The notes under the pieces: generated by a model | What the model saw: only the letters and a program-made list of their open reading frames with translations | The model's database searches: none | Told to the model about the DNA's origin: nothing | Shown: positions 50,501-63,474 of the stretch, in pieces | Position numbering within the stretch: position 1 is the first letter of the stretch | Layout of the letters: each line of letters starts with the position of its first letter | Origin: Lytechinus pictus | Taxonomy: Eukaryota | DNA: 64,000 bases | Direction: 5' to 3' | NCBI RefSeq assembly: GCF_037042905.1 | Contig: NC_087246.1 | Span: 3,970,001 to 4,034,000, forward strand | Program-made: the position numbers and the translations under genes

Positions 50501-53112
50501 CAGGGTGAGTTTGATTTCGCCCTTTCCCCTTTACACAGCGTGAAAACAAGCATTTCTGCGCAAACAGATTTCTACGAGCTTTACAAAAATGGACAGTGCT
50601 CAGTCAAGGGTAACATTCTGTCAAAACTTTAACTTGCATTAGATAGATGAGACCCAAACCCAAGATTATATGTGAAAAAATTACCCACATGTTGCATATT
50701 TTTAAATTCCCAGTGCTTTTTCAAAGTGTAAACTTTTTTTTGATACGCACTGTATAGGCCACTCTGCCACTGGTTAGCATAGCATTACTTCATGGAGAAA
50801 TAGAAGGGTTGGTATCTTTAACTTCCTAACTAATCGATTGAGTCCCAGTAAAGGAGCCATTTAAAAATTAATCTTCAAAATTTATGAGGCCCGTGTGAAC
50901 ATTTTTTTGCTTGCCTCAGATACAACTTTTAGTAATCTAAGGGGGTGTTGCAAGAAAATATTTACAATCAATTGCAAATATTCTGTAGCAATTTTACAAC
51001 TGATAGATAAATTTTAGCTCTAGCAAATCAGATTACACTCCTTGTTTCAAGGAGCAGATAAGCAATCAATCAAGAATTTGCAATTACTTGCAAGACAAAT
51101 AATTGATTTAGGGACCCCAAAAGGCTTGCAATTGATCGCAAGTTTCTTGCAATACCCCATAAGTCGTCAATGTATTGCTAATTGGCTGAAAATCAAGCTT
51201 TGATTCCCCCGCTAGTGTCTGGTGTTCAAAATTACTCATAAACTGTAATTGGACTCAGGGACTTACCATATAGAATGAAAAAGCAAAGGTTCCAAGAATG
51301 CGAACTCTTTTACCAAATCGTCTCTCCAGGTACTATCCAGAAATAAAAAGAAAGATGTTGTTCAGTTTATATTCTGAGGAATATTGTATTAACAAATATA
51401 ACTGTTTTTTTAAGGAGGGTAAAATAGAGAGAAAGGAAAAGAAGGGAGAAAGGAGAGTGAAAAAAAAAGAAAAGGGAAAAGAAAAAGTGATTTGTGATCC
51501 TTTACATGAATCAAAACGCTGCTTAAAATTTCCCGTTCTCAGGTCAGTATATTTAAAAGAAATTGGCATGAATTCCATGATTTCATTATTTTTGTTTAAT
51601 GAAATTATTTACTTATCATGTTCATGAATGCAAACGCTAATTAACATTACCCGTTTTCAGGTAAGCGTATCAAAAAAATCAGCTCGCGCTTTGTGCTTGC
51701 AATATCTTTTTATGAATTCAAACCAGTGCTTGGAATGTCTCTTTTCAGGTCAGGAGAAAACAAAAATTGCTTAAGTTCCGATCTTACTTTTTGTGTGATT
51801 TACTTAATGCTTTTCATTAATAATGCGACTTAAGCTCTTACGTTATCAGATTAGTACATCAACAAAATCAGATCGCGCTTTACGCTCACTTTATTTGTTG
51901 GATGAATCAAATAAGGTGAGGGAAAGAAGCAGAAAATATAAAATGTTTTAGGTCACTACTTTCCCATGGTTCGCGCACGCTTTGCCTATTTTAAGATATA
52001 ATATATATCTTGTTCAGGAGGATTACATGACTCTTGGAATAGCCAGTTTTGGAGTTACTATCTAACAAATATTTCAACGTGCACATCGTGCCTTCATTTT
52101 TTTGTTTTAGTTACAAATCCCGTCATGATAAAAAAGAGTGCTCGGTAAAATGCCCCATTTTTAGGTATGAATTTATTTATCTTTTGCACGCGCTGCGCGC
52201 TTACATTATCTGATTAGTGAGGTGCGTCCTGTTCATGATTAATAAAGAATCCTGTTTTCAGATCTCAATGTTAAGAGTTTTCAGCACACGCTTCTCGCTC
52301 ACATTTTTTGATTATGGAACACATCCTCTTTATGAATCTCTGCAAAGCAGTCCATAAAATGTCCCCCTTTTCAGGTCATTACATACAATATTTCACCTCG
52401 CACTTTGCGCTCGAATTCTTCATTTATGCCGTATATGTAAACCAATCTTGTTTGTCAGAATAAAGCTAAAATATATTCACCCCCTCCTTATCAGCCAAAA
52501 AATAAAGAGGGGGGGGGGTTAGCTCTTCGAGCGGCCGTTCGGAAGAAATTTGAATTATTTTTGTCCATCCCCGATCCGCCCCTGGATATCCACCCCCAGA
52601 GTGAGGGTATGTACGTATGTGTATACTTGCGTATCAGACTTTCTTTCTTGATGTGTTACACCGAGTAGGCATATACGCCTAAAAATATTGTTCTTATCAT
52701 TTGACACCCCCTATGAAATCTTGGATCCATCCCTGATATAACTTACCTCATTTGAACTGGTTAGGCCAAGATTGTAAAACGTTGGCAAGAAAAAGACAAC
52801 TGTTGCGATGGATGATAAAATACTGCCAAGCCAATTCCAGCTATGCATGATACCATGAACATAGTTTTCAGAAGGAGTTCCAAGGAAGGTTATAGCTGAA
52901 ATAAAGCTCGCCACCAAAGACAGAGCCACAGGAACAGGGTGCATGTTACGATTTGCCATCAAGAATTCTTCAGCAGTCTTCTGCTTACCCCCGCTACAAG
53001 CCTGGTAGAAACCTATGCCAAGAGAAAATGCGAGCATGGCGCCAAGAACACCATAGTCCGCACCAGAAAATGACATTTCTTTTGGTCCGTCGACTGTAGA
53101 GATATTCATCAT
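29464..53112 (-). CDS. SLC5A8-like: Sodium:solute symporter, SLC5 family (SMCT/SMVT/NIS group, SLC5A5/6/8/12-like), ~626-644 aa, 15-16 exons
   Basis: GT-AG exons with consistent phases (minus): 53112-52747, 51332-51267, 49427-49376, 47872-47805, 43426-43272, 42251-42111, 39753-39624, 38692-38604, 36162-36050, 35709-35642, 34741-34655, 32443-32226, 31557-31457, 30284-30157, [29838-29785 optional], 29562-29464. Motifs: [82 protein letters not shown]. Exact ortholog not assignable. Confidence 0.93.
30157..30284 (-). CDS. SLC5 exon 14
   Basis: [14 protein letters not shown]...; 128 bp; donor GTAAGT. Confidence 0.85.
30375..31107. mobile_element. piggyBac-like non-autonomous element
   Basis: TTAA|CCCTAAATCTCCCGGGG...CCCCGGGAGAATTAGGG|TTAA. 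Confidence 0.85.
31312..31408. repeat. Imperfect (ATT)n microsatellite
   Basis: Direct reading. Confidence 0.8.
31457..31557 (-). CDS. SLC5 exon 13
   Basis: [10 protein letters not shown]...IVSFITG; 101 bp. Confidence 0.88.
32226..32443 (-). CDS. SLC5 exon 12
   Basis: [19 protein letters not shown]...; 218 bp. Confidence 0.88.
33620..33928. mobile_element. MITE with CCCGGG termini and ~45-bp TIRs
   Basis: CCCGGGGGGCCCACTTCCATTGACGAGTGGATACCAGGC / GCCTGGTATCCACTCATCAATGGAAGTGGCCCCCCCGGG; no clear TSD. Confidence 0.75.
34655..34741 (-). CDS. SLC5 exon 11
   Basis: [29 protein letters not shown]; 87 bp. Confidence 0.9.
35642..35709 (-). CDS. SLC5 exon 10
   Basis: [22 protein letters not shown]; 68 bp. 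Confidence 0.88.
36050..36162 (-). CDS. SLC5 exon 9
   Basis: [18 protein letters not shown]...; 113 bp. Confidence 0.9.
38604..38692 (-). CDS. SLC5 exon 8
   Basis: [29 protein letters not shown]; 89 bp. Confidence 0.9.
39624..39753 (-). CDS. SLC5 exon 7
   Basis: [13 protein letters not shown]...YDQ; 130 bp. Confidence 0.9.
40426..41785. mobile_element. hAT-like non-autonomous element, 8-bp TSD
   Basis: CAGGCGCGTAGCCAGG...CCTGGCTACGCGGTTG; TGTGTTCA at 40418-40425 and 41786-41793. Confidence 0.85.
42111..42251 (-). CDS. SLC5 exon 6
   Basis: RHTIW...[11 protein letters not shown]; 141 bp. Confidence 0.9.
42944..43015 (+). tRNA. tRNA-like cloverleaf (Glu-like body) with TCA anticodon; probably a pseudogene or SINE head
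   Basis: Acceptor GTCTCT/AGAGAC, D arm GTCT-AGTGGTTA-AGGC, anticodon arm CCGGC-GTTCAAA-GCTGG, T arm CCGGG-TTCGATT-CCCGG, followed by a T-run. Confidence 0.55.
43272..43426 (-). CDS. SLC5 exon 5
   Basis: [13 protein letters not shown]...; 155 bp. Confidence 0.9.
43640..45193. mobile_element. hAT-like composite non-autonomous element, 8-bp TSD
   Basis: CAGTGGGGTAACA...TGTTACGCCGCTG; GTTTAGAC at 43632-43639 and 45194-45201; related ends near 36240-36290 and 38190-38270. Confidence 0.8.
46290..46560. repeat. Low-complexity (CCAA/CCAT/AAGCCC) tandem repeat
   Basis: Direct reading. Confidence 0.7.
47805..47872 (-). CDS. SLC5 exon 4
   Basis: [22 protein letters not shown]; 68 bp. Confidence 0.9.
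48197..49017. mobile_element. Tc1/mariner-like non-autonomous element with ~300-bp TIRs
   Basis: TA|CAGTGCGTCCCA...TGGGACGCACTG|TA; near-palindromic arms. Confidence 0.85.
49376..49427 (-). CDS. SLC5 exon 3
   Basis: [17 protein letters not shown]; 52 bp. Confidence 0.9.
49764..50752. mobile_element. Tc1/mariner-like non-autonomous element
   Basis: TA|CAGTGCGTATCAAAAAAAAGTTTACACTT...AAGTGTAAACTTTTTTTTGATACGCACTG|TA. Confidence 0.85.
50941..51158. mobile_element. Harbinger-like MITE
   Basis: GGGGGTGTTGCAAGAAA...TTTCTTGCAATACCCC; inverted copy at 53320-53566. Confidence 0.7.
51267..51332 (-). CDS. SLC5 exon 2
   Basis: [30 protein letters not shown]; 66 bp. Confidence 0.9.
52747..53112 (-). 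CDS. SLC5 exon 1
   Basis: MMNIS...DYGVLGAML...TSSNE, donor GTAAGT. Confidence 0.9.
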
Positions 53113-53319
53113 TTTTGTTTCTTAGTTCACGGTCTAGCATAAATTCAACAACTAACTTCACAACTTCATATATACCTGCATGTCCCAGTATATATATTTT
53201 TTACCAAGTTCACGCACGCATGACTCCTACATGTGGACCACAACACCAGGTGTTGGCGACTTAAAATAATTTTACGCGATCACTTAATATCGGTTAGCCA
53301 ATCAGAAACGATCTCTAAT

Positions 53320-53566
53320 GGGACGTTGCAAGAAACTTGCAATCGATTGCAAGTCTGTTTTCGGTCCCTAATTCAATCATATTCTTGTAATTGATTACAA
53401 ATCTGCGACTGATTGCTAATCCGCTTCTTGAAAACAAGGAGTGTAATCTGATCTGCTACACCCGGCTAATACAGCTAAAATTGATATATCAGTTGTGAAT
53501 TTACCCCAGGGAATTTACAAGATAATATTTATAATTGATTGCAGATATTTTCTTGCAACACCCCCC
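53320..53566. mobile_element. Harbinger-like MITE ~200 bp upstream of the SLC5 start codon
   Basis: GGGACGTTGCAAGAAA...TTTCTTGCAACACCCCC; homologous to 50941-51158. Confidence 0.7.
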
Positions 53567-55749
53567 ATTGACTCATAAAAGGTCCCTTGTAAAGAAATTG
53601 TACTTTCTTTCAGTCCGAACTAACAGACTAGAAAACAGGGGAATGGCGTTTCAACAAGTAGATTAAAATATGAGATTAATTATACCTCATTCCGAGCCCA
53701 CCAAAAATTGTATTAAATTAGCATATGGGCAGTTTTCAAATTGTGAGTGCAATACAAGTAATTTGGTAGTAGACGAATCCAAAATTGAGAACGAAAATAT
53801 TAATCTATTAGATTGATTTTAAACTTGTTTTTTATTGGTCTATCGTTATAAAAATATCCCCGCAGAATGCACTAATGCCAACCCGACATGCATGTTATCA
53901 TTTCTCAATTAAGTTTGCAATTGTCATTATGATTGAGATTTTAAACTGCTCTATAATATTATTTCAGGACCTTTGAATGTAAATAAATGCATCCGTTTTA
54001 ACGCCAAGGATAATAATAATGAGGGTTCAATGTCACTTTTTTTAATAGAAGTGGTAACGTAGGCCTATATTCTGAAGGTCAGCCATAAGTGGCATTGACA
54101 TTGGGTTCATTCTTCCGCTTGTTATACTGTCATATAATAGTGGATGCCATGATGAAACGTACACATCAGGTAAACAAAAACCATACCCCAAACCTCAACT
54201 ATTTCCAATGTTATTCTGAATCCAGAATACCTATTACAACCTCACGCTAACCCTTTGTCGCCTGAGATATCGTTATAAGGACTGAGTATTTCAAAATCTA
54301 TATATATAAAAAGGGCACATTATTTTGCCCGATAACACTTGAAATACCCCCCACCCCCCAAGAAAAATGACACAGGTTTCTGATGATTCTGGACACAAAT
54401 TAATTTAATAATTTTGAAAATGTGAAGGTGTCTAATGTATATTTTTTTAAATTGAACTTAGATACATTTCGTCATCATGCAAATGGTGAACATAAAATGG
54501 CGTTTAAATATCGACCCCATTTCTTACATTTATAAGTTTATATGTTCATACATGTCTCATTGGAACTGAAGACATTGCTAAACATTTTTGGTTCACGAAA
54601 TTCACAGGAGCTTTTTTATTATTCGCAGTTGTATCCAATCATTACATAAACACCTGTATTGTTTTGTTTGTTTGTTGACAAAAACTTGAAATAAATTATT
54701 TAAAAATATCAACATAAACATGAGTTAAGAAAATATCGACGTTAACAAATAAGCGCCGTAGGTATAAACTGTATTATCAGAGCTCATCTGCACCAAAATT
54801 ATATAAATACATAATTTTTCTTTTGAAACTGAAACAATTAGTTCAATCTAGTTGCAGTTAAAAGAAAAAAAGATCTCGAAAAGAAAAATCAGGGGAAGGG
54901 GAAATATATACTTAAGAGGTAAAGAGGTCGGGGTCTCTTGGCAAAGGCGTGGTGTAAGAATAAAATCTTTTCACAGAAGCGGTGTTTTCCTAATGACTTT
55001 AAGATATCGATCGACTTCAGTTTCTCTTGTCGTGGTCGGTGTGTATGTAACTTTCCCCAACATGAATATTTTAGGGACATTACATAAACTTTCACTCGAG
55101 TTAAACGGGTCTGAAATGAAATTGAAACAGCAAATTTTACATGTGCTTGTCTTGCGTGAAGACCCACTTGTTGATCAAAGTTTCAATCAGGGTCTGTGCC
55201 TGCAGACTAGATTTAGATCATGCTCTCTCCATGCTCTCCATCGCCCTTCTCTCTCGATCTCTTATACTCCAACCTGTTTTTCCCCTCTCTCTCCCTCTTG
55301 CCTCTCTCTCTATCTTGCTTCTCTCCCCCATCCCCCCCCCCAACAACCATCAATTCTGGTACTATAATACTAGCAATTGAATTTTTACTAGAAAAAAAAA
55401 TCGCACCTTAAAAAAGTGTTGAATCTACTTCCATTTTATTCCTCAAAAGATTGCCTTGATCCTTATTTTCCCCTTTTTCGTGTATTTGAAAGCTAAAATT
55501 TATTGTACTCTTCCTTCGCACAGCATAATCATGATGACAGAATTCTATCGCAGATAAATATTATTGGTCGGATAACTTTTCATGATAACTTATATGAGGC
55601 AGAAATTCATTAAAACTTAATCTAATCCCCGTTTTACAGTACATAAAAACATGGTCCCGTTTCATAAAACTCGTTAAGAAAAAAAATCATAAAACTAAAG
55701 AAATTGTGGCAAATGATTGCAAGCTGATTATGTTGGGCATTATTAAGTT

Positions 55750-55925
55750 GGAGCGATGTGTTGGCTCAGTTGATAGAGCGTCCGTATCACAACCGGGATG
55801 TCGGGAGTTCAAACCCCGGCCGCGTTAGCCCAAAACGCGTTAAAAGATGGGAGTTGCTGCTACCCTGACAAGGGATAGAGTTATGTCAATCTGGCGCTGC
55901 ACAGTGATTGCCGGGCCCACATTTA
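55750..55925 (+). mobile_element. tRNA-derived SINE
   Basis: TGGCTCAGTTGATAGAGC (A box), GAGTTCAAACCCCGGCC (B box), non-tRNA body. Confidence 0.7.
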
Positions 55926-56539
55926 ATTGGGCAAAACATATTATCGGAGGGTTTTTGTTTCGAACAATGAAATATGGATTTTCGCCGATTCGGTTTCGAT
56001 TTTTATCTGAAAGAAGGTATTTTGAATGAGACAGCTTCCATATTTCAGTACTGTAACAGTCATAATATTTAATATTTCTTGAGAATTTGATTGACATGCC
56101 ATGCTGAGGGAAATTTATTTTCTATCAAAATATCTGTGATGCAGCTATCCACTGAGATCGTCATGATAAATTCCGACATCTCTTTATTTGAACATCTCTT
56201 CTAAAGAATGTCATGTCTGACGAAGTGACTTTTAGACGAAGTGGCTATTGGATTAACTGGATTTTGGACGAAATGTCTTTTGAACAAAATGATATTGGAC
56301 TAAACAGCATAGGGCGACATGGCCATTGTGCGAAATGGCATTGGACGTTGTGGGTATTAGATCTTAGACCAACTTGAGATTAGACAAAAAAATCAATGTA
56401 GAGCAAATGGGTTTAGCAGACGTGGTTTTAGAAAACAGAGACAAAATGAAATGCCCTCCTTGTAAAGTTACAGGGTATTTTATTTTTTATTTTTAATGCA
56501 AAGAATGAGTACAGACAACTGAGCGAATAATCCCAGAAG

Positions 56540-56640
56540 TTACCAAAATGTGCCGTCAATGTCCTGCACATTTTGGTAATTTTACCAAAATGTGTCGTAA
56601 GTTCCGGGACATTTTGGTAAATTACCAAAATGTGCCGTAA
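56540..56640. repeat. Three ~40-bp palindromic units TTACCAAAATGT..ACATTTTGGTAA
   Basis: Direct reading; probably a subterminal repeat of a DNA transposon. Confidence 0.65.
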
Positions 56641-56917
56641 CATGGTGAGATCCGAGATCTTGTCATACGATGAGATCCGAGATACCAAGAAGTAAACACT
56701 TTAGATACATATCTACTAACATTGTGTGAAAATATTATATGATTTTTTCATTCAAGATAACACTTAACATGCTTAAGGTCATGAATGAGCTTTAACAACA
56801 ATCATATTTATTTCTTATATATTTGTAATTCGTCAACAAGACATGAACAATAGGATTCTATAATATTAGACTAAATATCGTATTTAAATAACTATATAGT
56901 AGTATGAAATGACTTTG

Positions 56918-56982
56918 AAAGAGAGAGAGAGAGAGAGAGAGAGGGGAGAGAGAGGGAGAGAGAGAGAGAGATAAAGAGAGAG
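56918..56982. repeat. (GA)n microsatellite
   Basis: Direct reading. Confidence 0.9.
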
Positions 56983-58733
56983 GGGGTGGTAAATATGAAA
57001 TATGAAATAATTATAAATCTTATCGCTTATGACTGGATGAACGACATAATCAATAAATATCAAATTTCTAAAGTTATTTAGGAATCAAGACAGCTGATTT
57101 CAAAATCCACTGCACTTATGCCATTGAAAGTACTTTGAATGTTTATATACAATTAAAGCATTGATAAACTGGCTCATCTCTTATAAATGTGACTTTCATA
57201 TTTACAGAATATAATATATAGTATAAAAGCAAACAAATATAAAGAATTCGCTTTCGTGCGAAACAAACGGTATATACATCTCACAATAACTGAATGGTTC
57301 ACATGTAAATAAAATAGCAGATTCTAGCGTTGTATCTGAAATAATTTTCCATAAATGACAGGTATGTTACATCTTACATTAGAATTATGTATTTACATAC
57401 AAAGGAAAATTGTCGACTTTTGTCCGCGGTCTCAGAATTCCATTGGGGTATGAAGCCAAGACTAAATGCTTGAAAAAGTCGCATTACATTTTGAATAATA
57501 TTATACGCTTGCTTATGAAGAATAGTTAAAACTTAGTTACAATTATTAGCACACTTGACATTGAGATTAGATGCTAAAGAGACAAAAATTACATGAAAAT
57601 GCAGAATACCACCGCAGAGGGAGAAGTCCAAGGTAATAAGCGTGAGCTTGACTAAAAAAAAAATAACCGATCTATTTGGGAAGTAATACTGGCTATCTCT
57701 GACCAAATGATATCGTATTATCAATGACATATTAGAAGATGCGTTAGTATGTTTAATGAAAATTACTTAGAACAGAGCCCCTTCTCTATTGTTATTCTGA
57801 ACCTGGGAGAGTTTATTTTTCTTTCCAAATTGTTGAAATACTTAATATTACAGGACAAAGGGGGCTCTCTTCTAAGTTGGATTCATACATTCCAATTCAA
57901 ATTCGATTTAAAAAACAAAATGGAAATGAGGTCTATATGACTTATTAACTGCGATCAAGGAACAAAAACGTTTATCAGTTCGAGCACTTTTAAAAGTCAT
58001 AAAATGATTCTGGGTTGTTTGGAGTCTTGGCTGGTCTTCCCTTCCTTTTTCAGAATTATAAGTTTCATTTTAAGTTTTGCAGGAAACAATATCTCGGGCT
58101 TATATGCGAAGCCAAAAAAATCGTCTTATCTTTTCATGCAGGTCTGGGAATAAATTCTGAAAATTCATTTTTTTCCTCTGAATATCATCGGCCCAGTTGT
58201 ATGTCATTTCTGCGGCCAAATAAAGTACATATCGAGTGGCCAAAGAAACATATAATGCCCTTATAATATAATAGTTTTTATCCCTCTTTCCCCTTTTTTA
58301 CGATTCCTTTTGTCGAATTCATCAATATGAATATTGTTAATTTAATCCTCTGTATCACGTTGGAATACTATTGTAAAGTTATGTTTAAATATTCAAGAAA
58401 GAGGGTTTGTACAAAAGTTTAGCTATGACTAAATCATAAATTAAGAGTATCTTCTTGAACCTAAACATTATTAAAGTTAGCTTACCAATAACTTCTTGCG
58501 AATCCACCTAGACGTCATTGATACACTGAATTTAATCACCTTCATACACGCTGACTTGTCAGAGTCATAAACTTACTTGAGGTAAATTTTGTATTCAAGG
58601 TTCATGATTGTTCAGGGCCACCATACCATTTTCTTACGAATTGTTTTGGTTCGCGTTGAAATTTTGAATATTCATATTTTTCACATTCTACGAATATCAA
58701 TTCCCCATTGGGCACTATAAACACATTTATGAT

Positions 58734-59131
58734 GGTATATTAGCATCTCACCACATGGTCTACCTTCATTTAGTCTGATGCCATTCTGTCTATCAATATT
58801 TCGTCTAACAACTATTTGGTCGTCTAATAACCATTTGGTCCAATCATCACTTCGTCTAATCACCAGTTCGTCTATTACCATTCCGTCTATTACCAATTGG
58901 TCTAATACCCATTTTCTTTTCATTCATTTTGCACAATTAACACTTTAGCTTGATTAGACCACATGGTATATGGACTAAATGGCTATTGGACCAACTTGTT
59001 ATTAGACGGAATGGCATTAGACTAAATGAAAGTAGACCATGTGGTGAGTGGACGAACTGATGGTAGACCAAAATGATAGTAGACGAGTTGGCAATTGGAC
59101 GAATTGGCATTAGACAAATTGGAAATAAACC
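58734..59131. mobile_element. Foldback MITE made of short (CGTCTA / TAGACG) repeats
   Basis: Left half GTCTA-type repeats mirror right half TAGAC-type repeats; ends GGTAT.../...AAACC. Confidence 0.6.
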
Positions 59132-60085
59132 TTTATGATGCAGTTTGTCATCGTCAAGTTGTTCTCCCATATTGCTGTTCGAGGTCTGAGGTCAAAAGTC
59201 ATCAAGCCAGGGTTATAATCAAGACTAGGACGAGGATACCTAATAAGACTCCACAACATATCGCGATGTAGAATTTCTTCTGCAAAATAAGCAATGATAC
59301 ACAAAGCGATTTAGTTTGAGTAAATGCAAAGGTTAGCACCAGTAAGACAATTGGATGAGAGGAGGGGGGGGGGGGGCTGAGGTGATGACGATGAGGGAAG
59401 AAAACAGGAGAAAAGGGAGACAAGTTCGATAAAAAAAAGGGAATTGAGAAAACGAAGAAAATATGACATTAGTATAGGCCTGATAGACTCACAATCCGCT
59501 TCCCATTCATTTATAAGGGTATCAGTATCAAACAATATGTGATCTCTTAAAGTTGCATAAATTAACTATTCTGATAATGAGTAATTTCGAAACCTTATTC
59601 TGATTGGATGCTGGACCCTGTTATTCAGTAGCATAATGAAATGACCCCTTTTTTAAAAGGAGACATAACATGGAACACGGGGCAAAATCAACACCTTATA
59701 GTTGCGAGCGAGCAAAACTTCTGACCTTTAAAAAATAAATCCTAATAGATTTTTGACATAATATTCAGAAAATAATATCACATTTCGCCATTTTCCCTTT
59801 GTTTTTCTCTAGGTTGGTGATGAAACTTTGAGGGTTCCTGTGCCTCAATCCCCATCTATACGCAAGTAAATATAGACTGTGGAAAGTGAGATAAAGCCCG
59901 TGTCCTGCGGAGAAATTGGTGAACAGGTGACAAGAAGAACATCAGCCAGGATGAGCCAAGCTTTATCTAGGTTCGGTCTTTGCCACTATAATTTTTACCT
60001 TTCTGACATAAGCTTTAAAACCTACTTTTTCCAGTATCAAGACCAACCTCTTTTTGATGAAAATATCAACATTATATATGCATAT

Positions 60086-60816
60086 GGGCGATTTCACGGT
60101 CAGTCGCATTACACTTTACGTGTCTTTTCTTATACTTGGTGCTGTCTGTTTTACAGGGGTGAGTCTTTCTGTTAAGTTTATACTGTCAATTTACCTTGAC
60201 AACCGAGGCTTTAAAACAATACATACAGAAAGGTTGTATATTGTGGACACCGTGACGTCCCAAAATCGGTCAGTCGCATTACACAAAAAGGACATGGAAA
60301 AAAGTGACTGAATACTTTTTAATTGTTCTTTCAAATCAAAACACTTTTACCAATTTCAATACCTGCAGAACATTAATTACATATTGAAGTCTCAAATAAG
60401 ACATTTGAATTTGGGAATCAACTTCGAGTTTCTCTTGTGGATAGAAAAACTCTGGTAAGTCGCATTACACTTTGTCCGGCACCACAAATTTGTTGACATT
60501 TTTTTTTACCTTTCCCGCAACTTATATTTGAAAATATTTTTTTGAATTATGTAAAATGTTGACCTTCAGAATATCCAGCAGAAAAAACAGTTTTCTGTTA
60601 AATTGAAATTAAGTAAAAAAAAAAATTGCATGTAGTCCCATGTATACGGTTCGGATTCTCCTATAAGGAGAAGCATAAGAAAAAAATTGAGGCAATTATG
60701 ATCCCCCTTTGTATTTATGAACTTCCATATGAGTTTTGATATGAAATTTTGATCCAGATTTGAAATAGAGCAAATATAAACTTTTATAAAATGTCCGCTT
60801 TTGCTTGGAATCGCCC
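60086..60816. mobile_element. Non-autonomous DNA element with GGGCGATT termini
   Basis: GGGCGATTTCA at 60086 and TGGAATCGCCC ending at 60816; three AGTCGCATTACAC subterminal repeats. Confidence 0.55.
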
Positions 60817-63085
60817 AAATACTTTGAATATAATAAGAAACTAGCCAAGAGCTGCCAGCTTTGATATCCATATCTAAGACAGATTTCATTGAGAACTCTC
60901 GAATGTTCAATATGTAAATTTGTTCACTCCAAAAATATATATATATATTTTTTTCAATTTTCAGGGATTCCCATAATATCAAAGAGACTAGATGACAATG
61001 TGGTCTATTTTGGTACAGACTACCATTATGGAGAGATGGCATATAAAATGAAAAATAACATGCCACAATGAAAACAATATTTCAATTACATGAGGGAACA
61101 CAGAATATATACAAAAACAAAGGACAAAATGAGATGAATAATTTAAATTCCATTACAATTTAATACTTCATTATGCACATAATTCATAGATTCATCATAC
61201 TGTCTCATAATTACAGTTTTTACATATCAGTAATATATTTAGCATAAGCCTATAGCATGGAATAATGTTCGAATTGATAATATATACTCAAACAACAAGC
61301 TTTTATTCCAGTTTGTATATCTACAAAATGTATACATAGACTTGATAAACATAATAAATTAAGCATGGCCATATAATTATCTTATTGTAGCAATATACAA
61401 CAAAGATGGAATTTTCATGATAGGTGTCATATACATACACCTCAAATACACCCCAATAATGATTGATCAATACAACTAGTCTAATTAGATCATTAAAGGG
61501 AAAACAAAATATGGGGTCACTGTTTACAAGTGAACTAATAATGATGATTATGAAACAAAAGAGGACATACATGTTGATGTTACCATAACAAAGGAATTAC
61601 AATAAATATATAATATAAGTGAAAACAAGGAAGTTTACATTCTTGCTAAGAATCAGTCATCTATATCAATTCAGAAGGATATTCAAAGAAAGTGGCACTC
61701 TTGTCTTGATGTTTAATTTAATGAGGCAGTAACTGAAACCTTGTTTTTTTTTCTTAGAAGATACTATCAAATTATTAATATGTAATGATTTGCTTCAATG
61801 CAGGTCTGCAAACTTAAAAACAAAGGTCGTTACAAGAAACTTGCAATTAACAAATTATTAGTTTGATATAGCAAAGTAATTATCTCTTTTGCCAGAAGCA
61901 GAACAGAACTCGACTGTACAGTATATTCAGGACCAGTGACTGATTTTATGAAAGTTCATCCATAATTTAGTTTTACTCTCTTGAAAAATATCCCATGATG
62001 GTTTGGAGAAACACGAGAGAGATTCTTGTCCTGAAAGGTTTGCCAACTTGTCATGAATAATGAATATTTATGAGAACAGATTAGATGTCTTTCACAAACA
62101 AGGGGGGGGGGGGATCTTGGGAAAGATGAAGTGTTGGGGAAATTTGAGATAGAGTCAACAAAATAAATTGGAGGTATATCTATATTTGTTCTTTTCCTAT
62201 AAGTATTAACACTACTCAATGTATGTGAATTTAAACAACAAATAATGCAGTAATGCAGAGAAGCTGTTAATTACACAATAAAGGGGAGGAGTAGGAGTGA
62301 GAGAGAGTCAGACAGACAGAGTAGGAACAAGACGACGGGTGAGGGGGGGGGATGACGGAGGAGAAATATGTCATCCACAAAGACACATATTCACACACAT
62401 ATAAACCAATGAACAAACACACAGGGTTAAAAATAAATAAAAATGAAATTTCAAATCACAGAATGAGAGTGTAAAAAATAAACGGAAAATGAAAGAGTTC
62501 AAAAACATGGATACAAATAAGTCTAGAATGTATTAATCATTTACAGTTGTATATAACACTTTCTTCAAATAATGCAATGTAATCAATAATCTAATCTCTT
62601 AGCAAATGAATTAAAAAGTTACATCTAATCTATATGTATTTCATAATGCCATAATAATATAATATCATAACAATTTTCCATTCAGCTCATGTGTGGCTGT
62701 ATAAAACTCTGACTGAAATACATGCTAAGAATAAAAAAAAAATTTTGTCCTCCTTAACTCTACATACCGTATTCCATTTCAAAAATATGATCAGCCTTAA
62801 AAAAAAAAGCAGTTCCACGATGATATACATGTCAATGAATGTGGGATCATTTCAAAGTTACGTGAAAGTCATTTCCCAACACAGACTATAATTACAGCCA
62901 TTTAAAACATAAACGAGCATTATGAACCTTAAAATTCAAACCTCTCTTGCAATGCAAATCTATAAATATTTGCTAACAAGGATGGTTTAAAAGTTGGAAT
63001 GCCATAGTAATAGAATAATGATAAATCAAATAATTCACAGCCAACAATCTCCAGCAAAAGTTCAGAGGCAGAGACCCTGAGATTA

Positions 63086-63474
63086 TAGAGTACCGAAGTT
63101 TGACATCATCAATTTTCACTTTGAGCATATTGGCGTTTTTGATACCATATTTTGGCAGAGCATGATGAAAAACCCCCACAACCCAAGTTTGGTGGGAATC
63201 GGTCCATGGGGCTCCCAAGATATGACCTCATGAATACATATTTAGCCCCAGTCAATGTATTATTGGCCCGGTTCCTAACATTTAGAACCAGGCCAATAAT
63301 ACATTGACTTCAATGGGGCTAATTATGTATTCATGAGGTCATATCTTGGGGCCCTATGGACCGATTCCCACCAAACTTGGGTTGTGGGGTTTTTTCATCA
63401 TGCTCTCCCAAAATATGGTATCAAAAACGCTGAAATGCTAAAGTTTTTTGTGACGTCATCACTTCGGTACTCTA
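63086..63474. mobile_element. Academ-like palindromic MITE, TAG...CTA termini, 3-bp TTA TSD
   Basis: TTA|TAGAGTACCGAAGT...ACTTCGGTACTCTA|TTA; the whole element is a near-perfect inverted repeat. Confidence 0.75.

Noticed and set aside
59879..59995. Possible first exon (MSQALS|GT) of a plus-strand gene
   Set aside because: Weak donor and no downstream exons identified.
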